Source: Bacteroidales bacterium
GTDB lineage: Bacteria; Bacteroidota; Bacteroidia; Bacteroidales; GCA-2748055
Assembly (NCBI GenBank): GCA_040880545.1
Contig: JBBDIE010000180.1
Coordinates: forward strand, 13,962-64,897
Length of the DNA: 50,936 nt
Direction: 5' to 3'
Positions 10,101 to 17,070 of the stretch are shown here, one piece after another; the stretch's first letter is position 1, and the number at the start of each line of letters is the position of its first letter. Made by a program: the position numbers and the translations under genes. Below the pieces are notes generated by a model that was not told the origin of the DNA, made no database searches, and saw nothing but the letters and a program-made list of their open reading frames with translations.

Positions 10101-10436
10101 ATATTCAGATATTTCGCTAATCATCCCCTAAGCTCAGCCTTTTTCAATGACTTTCAAATCGTTGGCTTTGGAGATATTGGCTCAGCATGGACAGGACTCC
10201 ATCCTTTTACAGGGCAGAATCCATGGAATTCGGAAGTAATACCACCAGATCCGGAACCCGGAACCCCCGTGGTGGTTACTATCAATTCCAACCGCTCACC
10301 CATTGTGGGTGGAATCGGTTTCGGGCTCAGATCTCAGATCTTCGGCTATTTTGTAAGACTCGACTGGGCATGGGGTGTGGAAAATATGGAAATCCAGCCC
10401 CGGATTTTCTACCTATCTTTAAGTCTCGATTTCTGA
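7137..10436 (+). CDS. Omp85-superfamily outer-membrane protein with a degenerate peptidase-like N-terminus, TolB/PD40 beta-propeller and C-terminal beta-barrel
   Basis: Signal peptide AEA|Q; PD40 repeats (PKISPDGKYLSY, FSPDRRKLVFS, ISFTSNR); barrel motifs LRGF, FGDIG and terminal YLSLSLDF. Confidence 0.75.
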   Translation: MKLYKFIKYFIAILVSLSAIIEAEAQFYNGMQMTFGKNRVQFSSNYWKFYRFDRFDVYSYEEGTDLSLYVANFVEKELSVIERFFDYDIEQRLIFICYNKMSDFRQSNIGLSAADEEYNIGGTTRIIQNKVALYFEGDHVELERQIRAAIAEILINEFMFGNSLITNVANTTTINLSDWYVKGLISFVSNPWDYEIENRVKDGIMSGEFDKLVKISDEDAVYAGHSLWKYIADLYGEAIIPNILYMTKINKSAEDGFLYVMGQKLKEISSDWSGYYLGMYTSADEKGEFPNKEYSVIKPKKETVIQRPKISPDGKYLSYVTNQKGKFKLWIHDTETGKSKKIYRKGQKLDQVVDYSQPVTAWHTSSEILGFITEEKGILLLNFYNITEEELTTRTLYIFEKVLDMDFSPDRRKLVFSAVFNGQTDIYVYDLASATNERVTNDLADDFHPRFINGMDNISFTSNRRYDTLYTRSDEPPNNTTTAFSIYIYDYKTKNPVLRNISEGDYINHIKPEYMGQDQFIYLSDKNGIYNQYYAEYDSTIAFIDTSIHYRHFANSYPITNYNRNILDMDVNAVTNDISKVIFHDGRYNLYKYPADFSKRFGDRLENTEYRSRHVERLLQEDSLHHIEQMVISMDDIEDHQLIIRNDTIQLQEFPININNYIFETEKLKYYNEQLRDRGISLVLDTDVEKEKVYIDYRPTFYPDQLVNQIDYSFLNASYQPFTGNAFYFNPGFNMLFKVGANDLFENYRLVGGVRFSSDLNSNEYLLSFENLKHRLDQQVIFHRQALNNQFDNALVKTYTHELLGSVKYPFNQVLALKGTASFRHDNSIFLSTDISNLARPDILKVWSGVKLELIFDNVKPLGTNLNEGTRFKVFGEAYRQINARESDLYVLGVDFRHYIKIHRTLIWANRFAASTSFGRSPLIYYLGAVDNWTNLFQSRIPTFDQTVDIDYTKNYSYQAIATNLRGFSQNIRNGSNFALINSEIRLPIFRYFANHPLSSAFFNDFQIVGFGDIGSAWTGLHPFTGQNPWNSEVIPPDPEPGTPVVVTINSNRSPIVGGIGFGLRSQIFGYFVRLDWAWGVENMEIQPRIFYLSLSLDF

Positions 10437-10441
10437 TCATT

Positions 10442-11632
10442 ATGGATATAAAAACAATCATAAAACAGCATACCGGTCAATATATGGATGAGGTCATCAG
10501 GATCCGCCGACACCTCCACCAATATCCGGAACTATCATTTAATGAAACTGAAACATCGGAATATATACGTGGACTGCTGGACCAGTGGAATGTGCCATAC
10601 AGTTATCCGTTCGTGAAGAATGGTATACTTGCCACTATTGAAGGGAATGGTAATGGCAGCAAGGTTATCGCACTTCGTTCAGACATGGATGCTTTGCCTG
10701 TTAATGAAGAGTCGGGACTGGAATTTGCATCTGTGAACCAAGGTGTGATGCATGCCTGCGGGCACGATATGCACATGGCCAGCCTGCTGGGCGCCATCAT
10801 GGTACTCAACGGGATGAAACAATATATTGATGGAAAAGTGCTGTGTGTTTTCCAACCGGGGGAGGAGATGCTGCCAGGAGGTGCCAAATTGATGATGGAA
10901 GAGGGGTTGTTCAACGATAACAAGCCCGATATGGTCATCGCCCAGCATGTATTGCCTGAGATGGAGGCCGGATCAGTAGGGTTCAGACCCGGAAATTACA
11001 TGGCTTCCGGCGATGAGATATTTATCACGGTGAAAGGAAGTGGCGGACATGCAGCGCTCCCTGAAAATATCAATGACCCAGTCCTGATGGCTTCCCATAT
11101 CCTCATCACACTGCAACAGGAGATCAACAGGAAGTCGCCCAAAGGTACCCCAACGGTACTCTCTTTTGGAAAGGTCACAGCAAATGGTGCAGTCAATGTG
11201 ATTCCCGATGAAGTTAAACTGGAAGGAACCTTCCGCACCATGAACGAATCATGGCGGCAAACGGCCCATGCCCTGATTGCGCAGATAGCCACAGGTATCG
11301 CTGCCAGCATGGGCGGGAAAATTGAACTGGAAATACGCCATGGGTACCCGGTGCTCGTAAATGATGAGGGAATAACGAGGAAATCCAGAGCCCTGGCAGT
11401 TGAATTTCTAGGGGAAGAACGAGTTACAGACATGGACATTAGAATGACAGCCGAGGACTTCGCGTGGTTCTCCCAGTCTTATCCCTCCATGATGTACAGA
11501 ATCGGTGTTAAATCTTCAGCCTCAAATGAAATTTATCCACTTCACACGGGCAGGTTTACTGCAGACGAGAATTCCCTGCAGACAGGCGTCTCCATGATGG
11601 CATGGCTGGCAATAAATTTACTTAAGTCATAA
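10442..11632 (+). CDS. M20D family amidohydrolase
   Basis: RRHLHQYPELSFNE, RSDMDALP, MHACGHDMH, FQPGEE, AEDF. Start set at MDIKT, 5 nt after the upstream stop. Confidence 0.92.
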   Translation: MDIKTIIKQHTGQYMDEVIRIRRHLHQYPELSFNETETSEYIRGLLDQWNVPYSYPFVKNGILATIEGNGNGSKVIALRSDMDALPVNEESGLEFASVNQGVMHACGHDMHMASLLGAIMVLNGMKQYIDGKVLCVFQPGEEMLPGGAKLMMEEGLFNDNKPDMVIAQHVLPEMEAGSVGFRPGNYMASGDEIFITVKGSGGHAALPENINDPVLMASHILITLQQEINRKSPKGTPTVLSFGKVTANGAVNVIPDEVKLEGTFRTMNESWRQTAHALIAQIATGIAASMGGKIELEIRHGYPVLVNDEGITRKSRALAVEFLGEERVTDMDIRMTAEDFAWFSQSYPSMMYRIGVKSSASNEIYPLHTGRFTADENSLQTGVSMMAWLAINLLKS

Positions 11633-11657
11633 TAGTTTATGGTAAATTCATTGTATA

Positions 11658-11672
11658 TTAGAACCGTTCTAA
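11658..11672. promoter_or_regulatory. 7-1-7 palindrome TTAGAAC-C-GTTCTAA, Fur-family box candidate
   Basis: Perfect 7-1-7 inverted repeat about 90 nt upstream of the ferredoxin gene. Confidence 0.55.
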
Positions 11673-11760
11673 ATAAAAATAATTAACCGATTCAATTACA
11701 GTTTTCTTAATATTGAAATTATTTTTGTACTATAGTTTAATGTATTAAAATTTTACGAAA

Positions 11761-11928
11761 ATGGCATATGTAATAAGTGACGATTGTACCGCATGTGGTT
11801 CCTGTGTCGATGAATGTCCGGTTGATGCAATCAGCGAAGGAGATATCTATGTAATCGATCCTGAACTATGTACAGACTGCGGTGCGTGCGCAGATGTTTG
11901 CCCGGTAGAAGCAATTTCACCAGAATAG
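11761..11928 (+). CDS. 2x[4Fe-4S] clostridial-type ferredoxin (55 aa)
   Basis: Not in the ORF track. MAYVISDDCTACGSCVDECPVDAISEGDIYVIDPELCTDCGACADVCPVEAISPE has two CxxCxxCxxxCP motifs. Confidence 0.96.
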   Translation: MAYVISDDCTACGSCVDECPVDAISEGDIYVIDPELCTDCGACADVCPVEAISPE

Positions 11929-11942
11929 ACAATCGGACCAAC

Positions 11943-11977
11943 AAAAAAACCATTTGCCATGCGGATGGTTTTTTTTT
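11943..11977. terminator. Bidirectional intrinsic terminator between the ferredoxin and cytochrome c genes
   Basis: aaaaaaaccatttgc-cat-gcggatggttttttttt, with an A-run before and a T-run after. Confidence 0.8.
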
Positions 11978-12038
11978 GCTTAAACTATCCCCCCTGTCAG
12001 TCAAATCATTGGATAACCACCAACAACTGGCTTTCCGG

Positions 12039-12470
12039 TTAATTGCCCGAAAACGTTCGTATGTAATTTACAACAAACCAGACATTTTCATCTTCACTGA
12101 TGATCTTTTTAAATGTGGGCATGTCATCCCTTCCCTCACGTGTTTTATAGAATATCTCACCATCGGTCTGTAATTGAAATTCTTCAGTTGTAAAATCTCC
12201 CGGAAATGTTTTTAACTCTTTCGAATTGGTTCCATCTCCCTTGCCGGATTTGCCGTGGCATGATTTGCAGTTCTTGGCATACAGGGATTTCCCCATAAAT
12301 AGCCCATCACCATCCGTGGGATCAGTCGGATTTTTCAAATTCTTTGCAAATGAAGGAACGATCCATTCATCCTGCACCTTCTCATATTTAGCTGATGTAA
12401 AAACAAAGGCGCATACAAATAAGCCGAATACGGTAACTGTGGCAACATTGCTCAATTTTAATTTTTTCAT
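12039..12470 (-). CDS. Monoheme class I cytochrome c (ActE-like)
   Basis: N-terminal signal/TM; KNP...G..LY..NCKSCHGKSGKGDG; TDGEIFYK..GR..MP (axial Met); W.VVNYIR. Confidence 0.88.
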   Translation of the reverse strand: MKKLKLSNVATVTVFGLFVCAFVFTSAKYEKVQDEWIVPSFAKNLKNPTDPTDGDGLFMGKSLYAKNCKSCHGKSGKGDGTNSKELKTFPGDFTTEEFQLQTDGEIFYKTREGRDDMPTFKKIISEDENVWFVVNYIRTFSGN

Positions 12471-12513
12471 AAAATACGTTTTTTATTATTATACATATTT
12501 GACATGGCAAAAT

Positions 12514-13431
12514 CTATTTCTCCTTACCTAATTTCCTGATCTTATATATCTGAAAAATCAGGTACAGGATAATCCCCCATACTCCCAGGATAATAAGATT
12601 AGAAATAATGATTAAAAAGATAGGAGCATTCCCCCGGTTCCCCCACAGGGCTCCTTTTTCAAAGCTGCTTTGACTTTCCATCGGAACTCCCCATCGTATC
12701 AGTTTGCTTTTTGTGACGGTACCAAATGGATCTTCACCCTCCACCTTCACGAAGATCTCCACATCCCCTTCACTGTTCCCTGTGATATCAGTTGGAAATT
12801 CAATACTGATCTCTCCCTCTTCATTGGTATATGTATAATCACCCCCGATGGGCAACATACCCAGCATTCTCCGGATATAAAAGTGTATTTTTACACTTTC
12901 CACGGGAATGATTTGCCCTAAAGTATCCACCATACCGAAAGCAGCGAACACATATTTCACAGAATCCTTCTCAATACATTCCATCTCCAAAATGGATTCT
13001 CTCACTGATAATCTGGCTGTATCAGTACTGTAATTTTCCTGCTCATGTAACATGGCCATGAATTCAAATTGTACCCTCCCGGCCATGTCAGCAGTAAAAT
13101 TGTGCTCTCCAGAATTTAATTTCCCCTGACCATTTTCATCTGTAATAACAAATCCGATAAATCCCTCCTCTGAAATTTCATTCAGGTACAGGTCTACAAT
13201 TTCACCCTGGAGATAAACTATCCTGCCATGTTCCCTTGTACTTAGTGTGGCTACCAGAGTTCTGGAATTGTTATTATTTTTGTAATAAGCAAGGTATAAA
13301 TTAGCTGCCGTGTTATCCTTCGTTTCACCCATACCAAAGGTATTGATCGGCAGTAAAATGCAGGCCAATATCAGTACCTGCCAGACATTGGGTTTACGAA
13401 TAATTATTTTGCTATTTTTCATCATCTTCAA
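12514..13431 (-). CDS. Hypothetical exported protein with two Ig-like repeats and a C-terminal TM anchor
   Basis: Signal peptide; repeated IG...TDENG / IG...TNEEG strands; hydrophobic IFLIIISNLIILGVWGIILYLIF followed by a basic tail. Overlaps the nrfD stop; start may be 13425 or 13422. Confidence 0.75.
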   Translation of the reverse strand: MKMMKNSKIIIRKPNVWQVLILACILLPINTFGMGETKDNTAANLYLAYYKNNNNSRTLVATLSTREHGRIVYLQGEIVDLYLNEISEEGFIGFVITDENGQGKLNSGEHNFTADMAGRVQFEFMAMLHEQENYSTDTARLSVRESILEMECIEKDSVKYVFAAFGMVDTLGQIIPVESVKIHFYIRRMLGMLPIGGDYTYTNEEGEISIEFPTDITGNSEGDVEIFVKVEGEDPFGTVTKSKLIRWGVPMESQSSFEKGALWGNRGNAPIFLIIISNLIILGVWGIILYLIFQIYKIRKLGKEK

Positions 13432-14797
13432 TATTAAGATTAGAATAATTATTCGCTGTCTTCCCGAGGTTCAAACCCCTCTGTGTGGCCACATCCCAGA
13501 TGGAAATAACCGGGAAATACCTTGCGAAAACAGTGATAAGTAAAATAGCACCTGCTAATGAACCTATGGTAATTGTCCACTCCTCCCAGGTGGGAATATA
13601 CCGCATATAGGAGGCGGGAACATCCTGCATGGGTAGAAAAGGGTGTAGTAGTGTAGGCACAACGATCAGAAAGCGCTTAAACCATGCACTTACCAAAACT
13701 ATTACAGCAATGATAAATACAGGTGTCGGTCTGCGACCTTTTCTGAATAAGAGTATTATTATCGGAATAACCATGCCTCCGATCTGTACCAGCCAGAACA
13801 TCACCGCATATTTACCTTTAAATAAATCAGCCAGGTGATGTGCCTCGGCGCTGGCCATTTTATAGGCAGGAACCAGATATTCATTTACATTGAAGTAGAG
13901 ATAGATCAGCAGTAGCAATACCAGTAGCTTTCCCATCTTATCGAAATGCATTGCTAAAATATATTTTTTATATGCAGGAAAATACCTGTGAAATACATAC
14001 ATAGCAATAAGTACAGCCGAGGCCCCTGCCACAAATGCACCGGCTACAAAATATGGACCCAGGTTTGTACTGTCCCAGCCGGGTCTGAGTGTAGTAGCAA
14101 AGAGCCATGATGTTACCGTATGAATTGCCAGTGCAACGGGGATAATGAGTATAGCCAGTATTCTGATACTTTTTTCAATGACCTTAAATTGTTCTCTGCT
14201 CCCTCTCCAGCCCAGAGCAAGGAAACGGTACATACGCTGTTGCCAGACCGGAACATCCTTTAAATTATCCCGGCACATAGCCAGCCCGGGAAGCATGGGG
14301 AAATAGAGCAGAAGCAAACTTATGACCATGTATGTGGTTACCACGATAATATCCCAGACAATGGGAGACTGTATTCTGCCATGGAATAAGATATTTAACA
14401 GCCTGTCGGGTCTTCCCATATCAACAATAATTATAGATGCCGCGCAAAATATGGATACTGCGGCAATCAATTCAGCAATCCTGGTAATCGGGGCCCTCCA
14501 TTCGATTTTTAGCAGATACAGGATTGCGGTTATCAGTGATCCCACCAGGCTCACCGCTACAAAAAATACAAAATTTGAAATGTAAATTCCCCAGGAGACA
14601 AAATCCCGCATGGCAGTTATACCTAAACCTTTATTCAACTGTTTGATGTATACAAGCAACGCGGCTGTGCAGATCAGGGAAAGCAAGATGACGAAAATTC
14701 TTCCTTGGCTGCTGAATTTCCGTGGCAGCAGATCATCCTGGTATTCCCTGAGAAGTAACGCATGATTTTCCATCCTGGTATTATGGGATTTATTCAT
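13412..14797 (-). CDS. nrfD: NrfD/PsrC-family quinol-interacting membrane subunit (ActC-like, about 10 TM)
   Basis: WGIYISNFVFFVAVS, RAPITRIAE, DMGRPDR, SPIVWD, AIHTVTSWLFA...PGW...PYFVAGA, WFKRFLIVVP, YIPTWEE. Confidence 0.9.
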   Translation of the reverse strand: MNKSHNTRMENHALLLREYQDDLLPRKFSSQGRIFVILLSLICTAALLVYIKQLNKGLGITAMRDFVSWGIYISNFVFFVAVSLVGSLITAILYLLKIEWRAPITRIAELIAAVSIFCAASIIIVDMGRPDRLLNILFHGRIQSPIVWDIIVVTTYMVISLLLLYFPMLPGLAMCRDNLKDVPVWQQRMYRFLALGWRGSREQFKVIEKSIRILAILIIPVALAIHTVTSWLFATTLRPGWDSTNLGPYFVAGAFVAGASAVLIAMYVFHRYFPAYKKYILAMHFDKMGKLLVLLLLIYLYFNVNEYLVPAYKMASAEAHHLADLFKGKYAVMFWLVQIGGMVIPIIILLFRKGRRPTPVFIIAVIVLVSAWFKRFLIVVPTLLHPFLPMQDVPASYMRYIPTWEEWTITIGSLAGAILLITVFARYFPVISIWDVATQRGLNLGKTANNYSNLNIEDDEK

Positions 14798-14812
14798 TAC
14801 AAATTCAGCTAT

Positions 14813-15766
14813 TTAATGTTTTTTATCATCTTCAAAAGGAAAAAGCCGGTTTGCCGGTGGCAGATAATATACACTGGGTTCGGTACCCAATCCTGCCAGA
14901 AACTGGTATCCTGCTTTTGACTCAATTAACTCACTGAACCGAATTGTTTCACTGGGATTCGATACCGTATCTTCATTCATATCTCCCATGTAAAACACTC
15001 CGTTCGGACATGATGTCACACATTTTGGAAATTCTCCGCGCTCCAGGTGACTCGTGCAAAAATCACATTTTTCAACAGTACCCATTTTCCTGGGTACACT
15101 GGCCGAACAATTCTCTTCACTTTCATGTATCTCTCCTTTAGTAACCGGTTCGGACCAGTTAAATGTCCTGGCAGAATAGGGACACCCGGCCATACAGAAC
15201 CTGCATCCTATACATCTTTCATTATCTATCAAAACGATTCCGTCTTCACGGATAAATGTTGCATCCACCGGACAGACTTTCACACAGGGCGGGTTGTCGC
15301 AGTGATAACAGGGTGATGGCATCCAGTAAGGGGCAGTGGATTCACCTTCCTGCATTTTAAATACTTTGAGCCAGTTTACATCATCAGGTAAAAAGTGCAT
15401 GCTTCTGCATCCCTCCTGGCACTTCCGCTCATTTTTACATTTAGAGAGGTCTATTACCATCACAAATTTTCTTCCCGGCACTCCTTTGCGCATAGATCGG
15501 TTGGTATGGGCATGCCCCATCTTCAGTCCGGCAGCCTGTACTTCATCCAGTTCAATTACATCTCCCCCGGGCGTTAACGCCCTTATTTTATTGACTATTT
15601 CATCGTCATGATCCCGTTTTTTCTGTACTCCGTTGTTAATGATCATTGCACTCCCAATGGCTGCTCCTCCTCCAATGGCTGCACTTCCTCCAAGAAGGAG
15701 ACCCTGTTTCAGAAATCTCCTCCTGTCCGGTTTTTCGACCATGTTCTCTTTTTTCTTCATAATCAT
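14813..15766 (-). CDS. Tat-exported 4Fe-4S dicluster protein (NrfC/DsrO/ActB2-like)
   Basis: DRRRFLK twin-arginine motif; Cys groups CKNERKCQEGC, CYHCDNPPCVKVCP, CIGCRFCMAGCPY, CDFC...CVTSCP; C-terminal GTEPSVYY. Confidence 0.92.
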   Translation of the reverse strand: MIMKKKENMVEKPDRRRFLKQGLLLGGSAAIGGGAAIGSAMIINNGVQKKRDHDDEIVNKIRALTPGGDVIELDEVQAAGLKMGHAHTNRSMRKGVPGRKFVMVIDLSKCKNERKCQEGCRSMHFLPDDVNWLKVFKMQEGESTAPYWMPSPCYHCDNPPCVKVCPVDATFIREDGIVLIDNERCIGCRFCMAGCPYSARTFNWSEPVTKGEIHESEENCSASVPRKMGTVEKCDFCTSHLERGEFPKCVTSCPNGVFYMGDMNEDTVSNPSETIRFSELIESKAGYQFLAGLGTEPSVYYLPPANRLFPFEDDKKH

Positions 15767-15771
15767 GTTGG

Positions 15772-16659
15772 TTAAAATTTCCAGAGCCTGTTGATATTAA
15801 ATCCCAACAGGATATCCATTTTGGTAAAGTCGTTCATGTTCAGTGTCATATTACTTTGCGGACTTATCTTACTATAGGATCCCAGGAATATCTGAAAAGA
15901 ATGTCCCAGCGTACTGATCTCAATTCCGAGATTCGCATTTGGCTTTATGATCTCCGGGGTTGTCAATGGCATATCGTACGCAAATATTACCCCCAGTTGC
16001 GGTGTGATTTTATATTTACCATTCAGTGAAACTCCCAGGTTATTGTGCTGCAATCCTGGAAAGGCAATGGTGTCGACCAGGTTGAAATGTGTAAACTGAA
16101 TGCTGGCTTGTACCGACAATCGCATGTTTATTTTTCTGGCAACAATCAGCTGGTGGAAGTACGATAGCCGGTGGGCAAAGGCATATTCCAAACCAAAATT
16201 TTCATTCTCCCTGACACTGGTCTCAACATTCCCATAGTAGGTTACCGCCACTGGAATCCGGTTGGAACGGGTTTGCCTCAAAATTCTCAATTTCCAGTTC
16301 ACATCCTGAAGCTTGTTGTTTTTGGTTGACCCCAGTCCAACCTGCAGGTAGTCTGTAAGACTGTAACTTAACCCGATTCTTATATTTGAAGGAGCGTAAA
16401 GTCCGGCAAGATCGAATGTGTTACTGTTTATTGTCCCGAAACGGTGCTGGATCATAAACTCCAGGGTATTGGCCGATGGCACCACGACAGTCTGATTATC
16501 TATCAGTATTCCAGCATCAAATGGCGGATTTATCGGACGATTATCCTTTTCTTGCTTCTCATCTGTTAATATATCCTGGGAATTTACATTTTCGGAAAAG
16601 ATCACCAGAACCATCATAAAAAATAAAAGCAGGTAGTTTTTGTTCTTCATAGCTTTCAA
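15772..16659 (-). CDS. DUF5777-family outer-membrane beta-barrel protein
   Basis: Signal peptide; LEFMIQHRFG, NIRIGLSY, RILRQT, RLSYFHQLIVARK, EISTLGHSFQIF, GFNINRLWKF (terminal Phe). Confidence 0.82.
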   Translation of the reverse strand: MKAMKNKNYLLLFFMMVLVIFSENVNSQDILTDEKQEKDNRPINPPFDAGILIDNQTVVVPSANTLEFMIQHRFGTINSNTFDLAGLYAPSNIRIGLSYSLTDYLQVGLGSTKNNKLQDVNWKLRILRQTRSNRIPVAVTYYGNVETSVRENENFGLEYAFAHRLSYFHQLIVARKINMRLSVQASIQFTHFNLVDTIAFPGLQHNNLGVSLNGKYKITPQLGVIFAYDMPLTTPEIIKPNANLGIEISTLGHSFQIFLGSYSKISPQSNMTLNMNDFTKMDILLGFNINRLWKF

Positions 16660-16680
16660 AGATTAGTCATTACATACCCT

Positions 16681-17070
16681 TTAATTATCCATGGCCCCCT
16701 GTCTGATCCATTTTAAAATTAACTCAGTTTTGTTTACAGGAAGGTTTCCGTCAGGAGGCATAGGATTATTTATCGAGGTCAACCGTGTGTATATGATACT
16801 TGACTCAGCATCAGAAACATCCACCATCCCATATACCATTAAATTCATGTAAGCATCAGATTCCGTAAGGTAAGGAGTATAGCCCCCCTGGGCATGACAC
16901 CCGCTGGTGTTACAACTTTCATTGAAAATAGGCTGAATATCCATTGAAAATTTTACTGTATCGGGAATGGGACTGTCATCATAAACAAGGTAGGCTGACT
17001 CGCAAGAACTGATGGCCAGGATTGCCAGACAAAAGGGGACTAACAGGATATATGTGAAATTTTTTATCAT
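16681..17070 (-). CDS. Cytochrome c lipoprotein (planctomycete cytochrome C-like domain, CX4CH)
   Basis: Lipobox ISSC; VKFSMDIQPIFNESCNTSGCH; MPP; LILKWIRQGA. Confidence 0.8.
   Translation of the reverse strand: MIKNFTYILLVPFCLAILAISSCESAYLVYDDSPIPDTVKFSMDIQPIFNESCNTSGCHAQGGYTPYLTESDAYMNLMVYGMVDVSDAESSIIYTRLTSINNPMPPDGNLPVNKTELILKWIRQGAMDN

Noticed and set aside
10187-10441. 85-aa N-terminal extension of the amidohydrolase
   Set aside because: Overlaps the Omp85 gene; family similarity begins at 10442.
11995-12004. CTGTCAGTCA matching the terminator arm at 5757-5766 as a possible island-end repeat
   Set aside because: Only 10 bp, with no counterpart at the right boundary; expected by chance.
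11868-12173. 101-aa plus-strand ORF
   Set aside because: Out-of-frame shadow over the real ferredoxin, the terminator and the cytochrome c gene.
13412-15766. Calling the FeS/NrfD pair a polysulfide, nitrite or DMSO reductase, or a canonical alternative complex III
   Set aside because: No catalytic molybdopterin subunit, NrfA, or ActA/ActD/ActF in the cluster.
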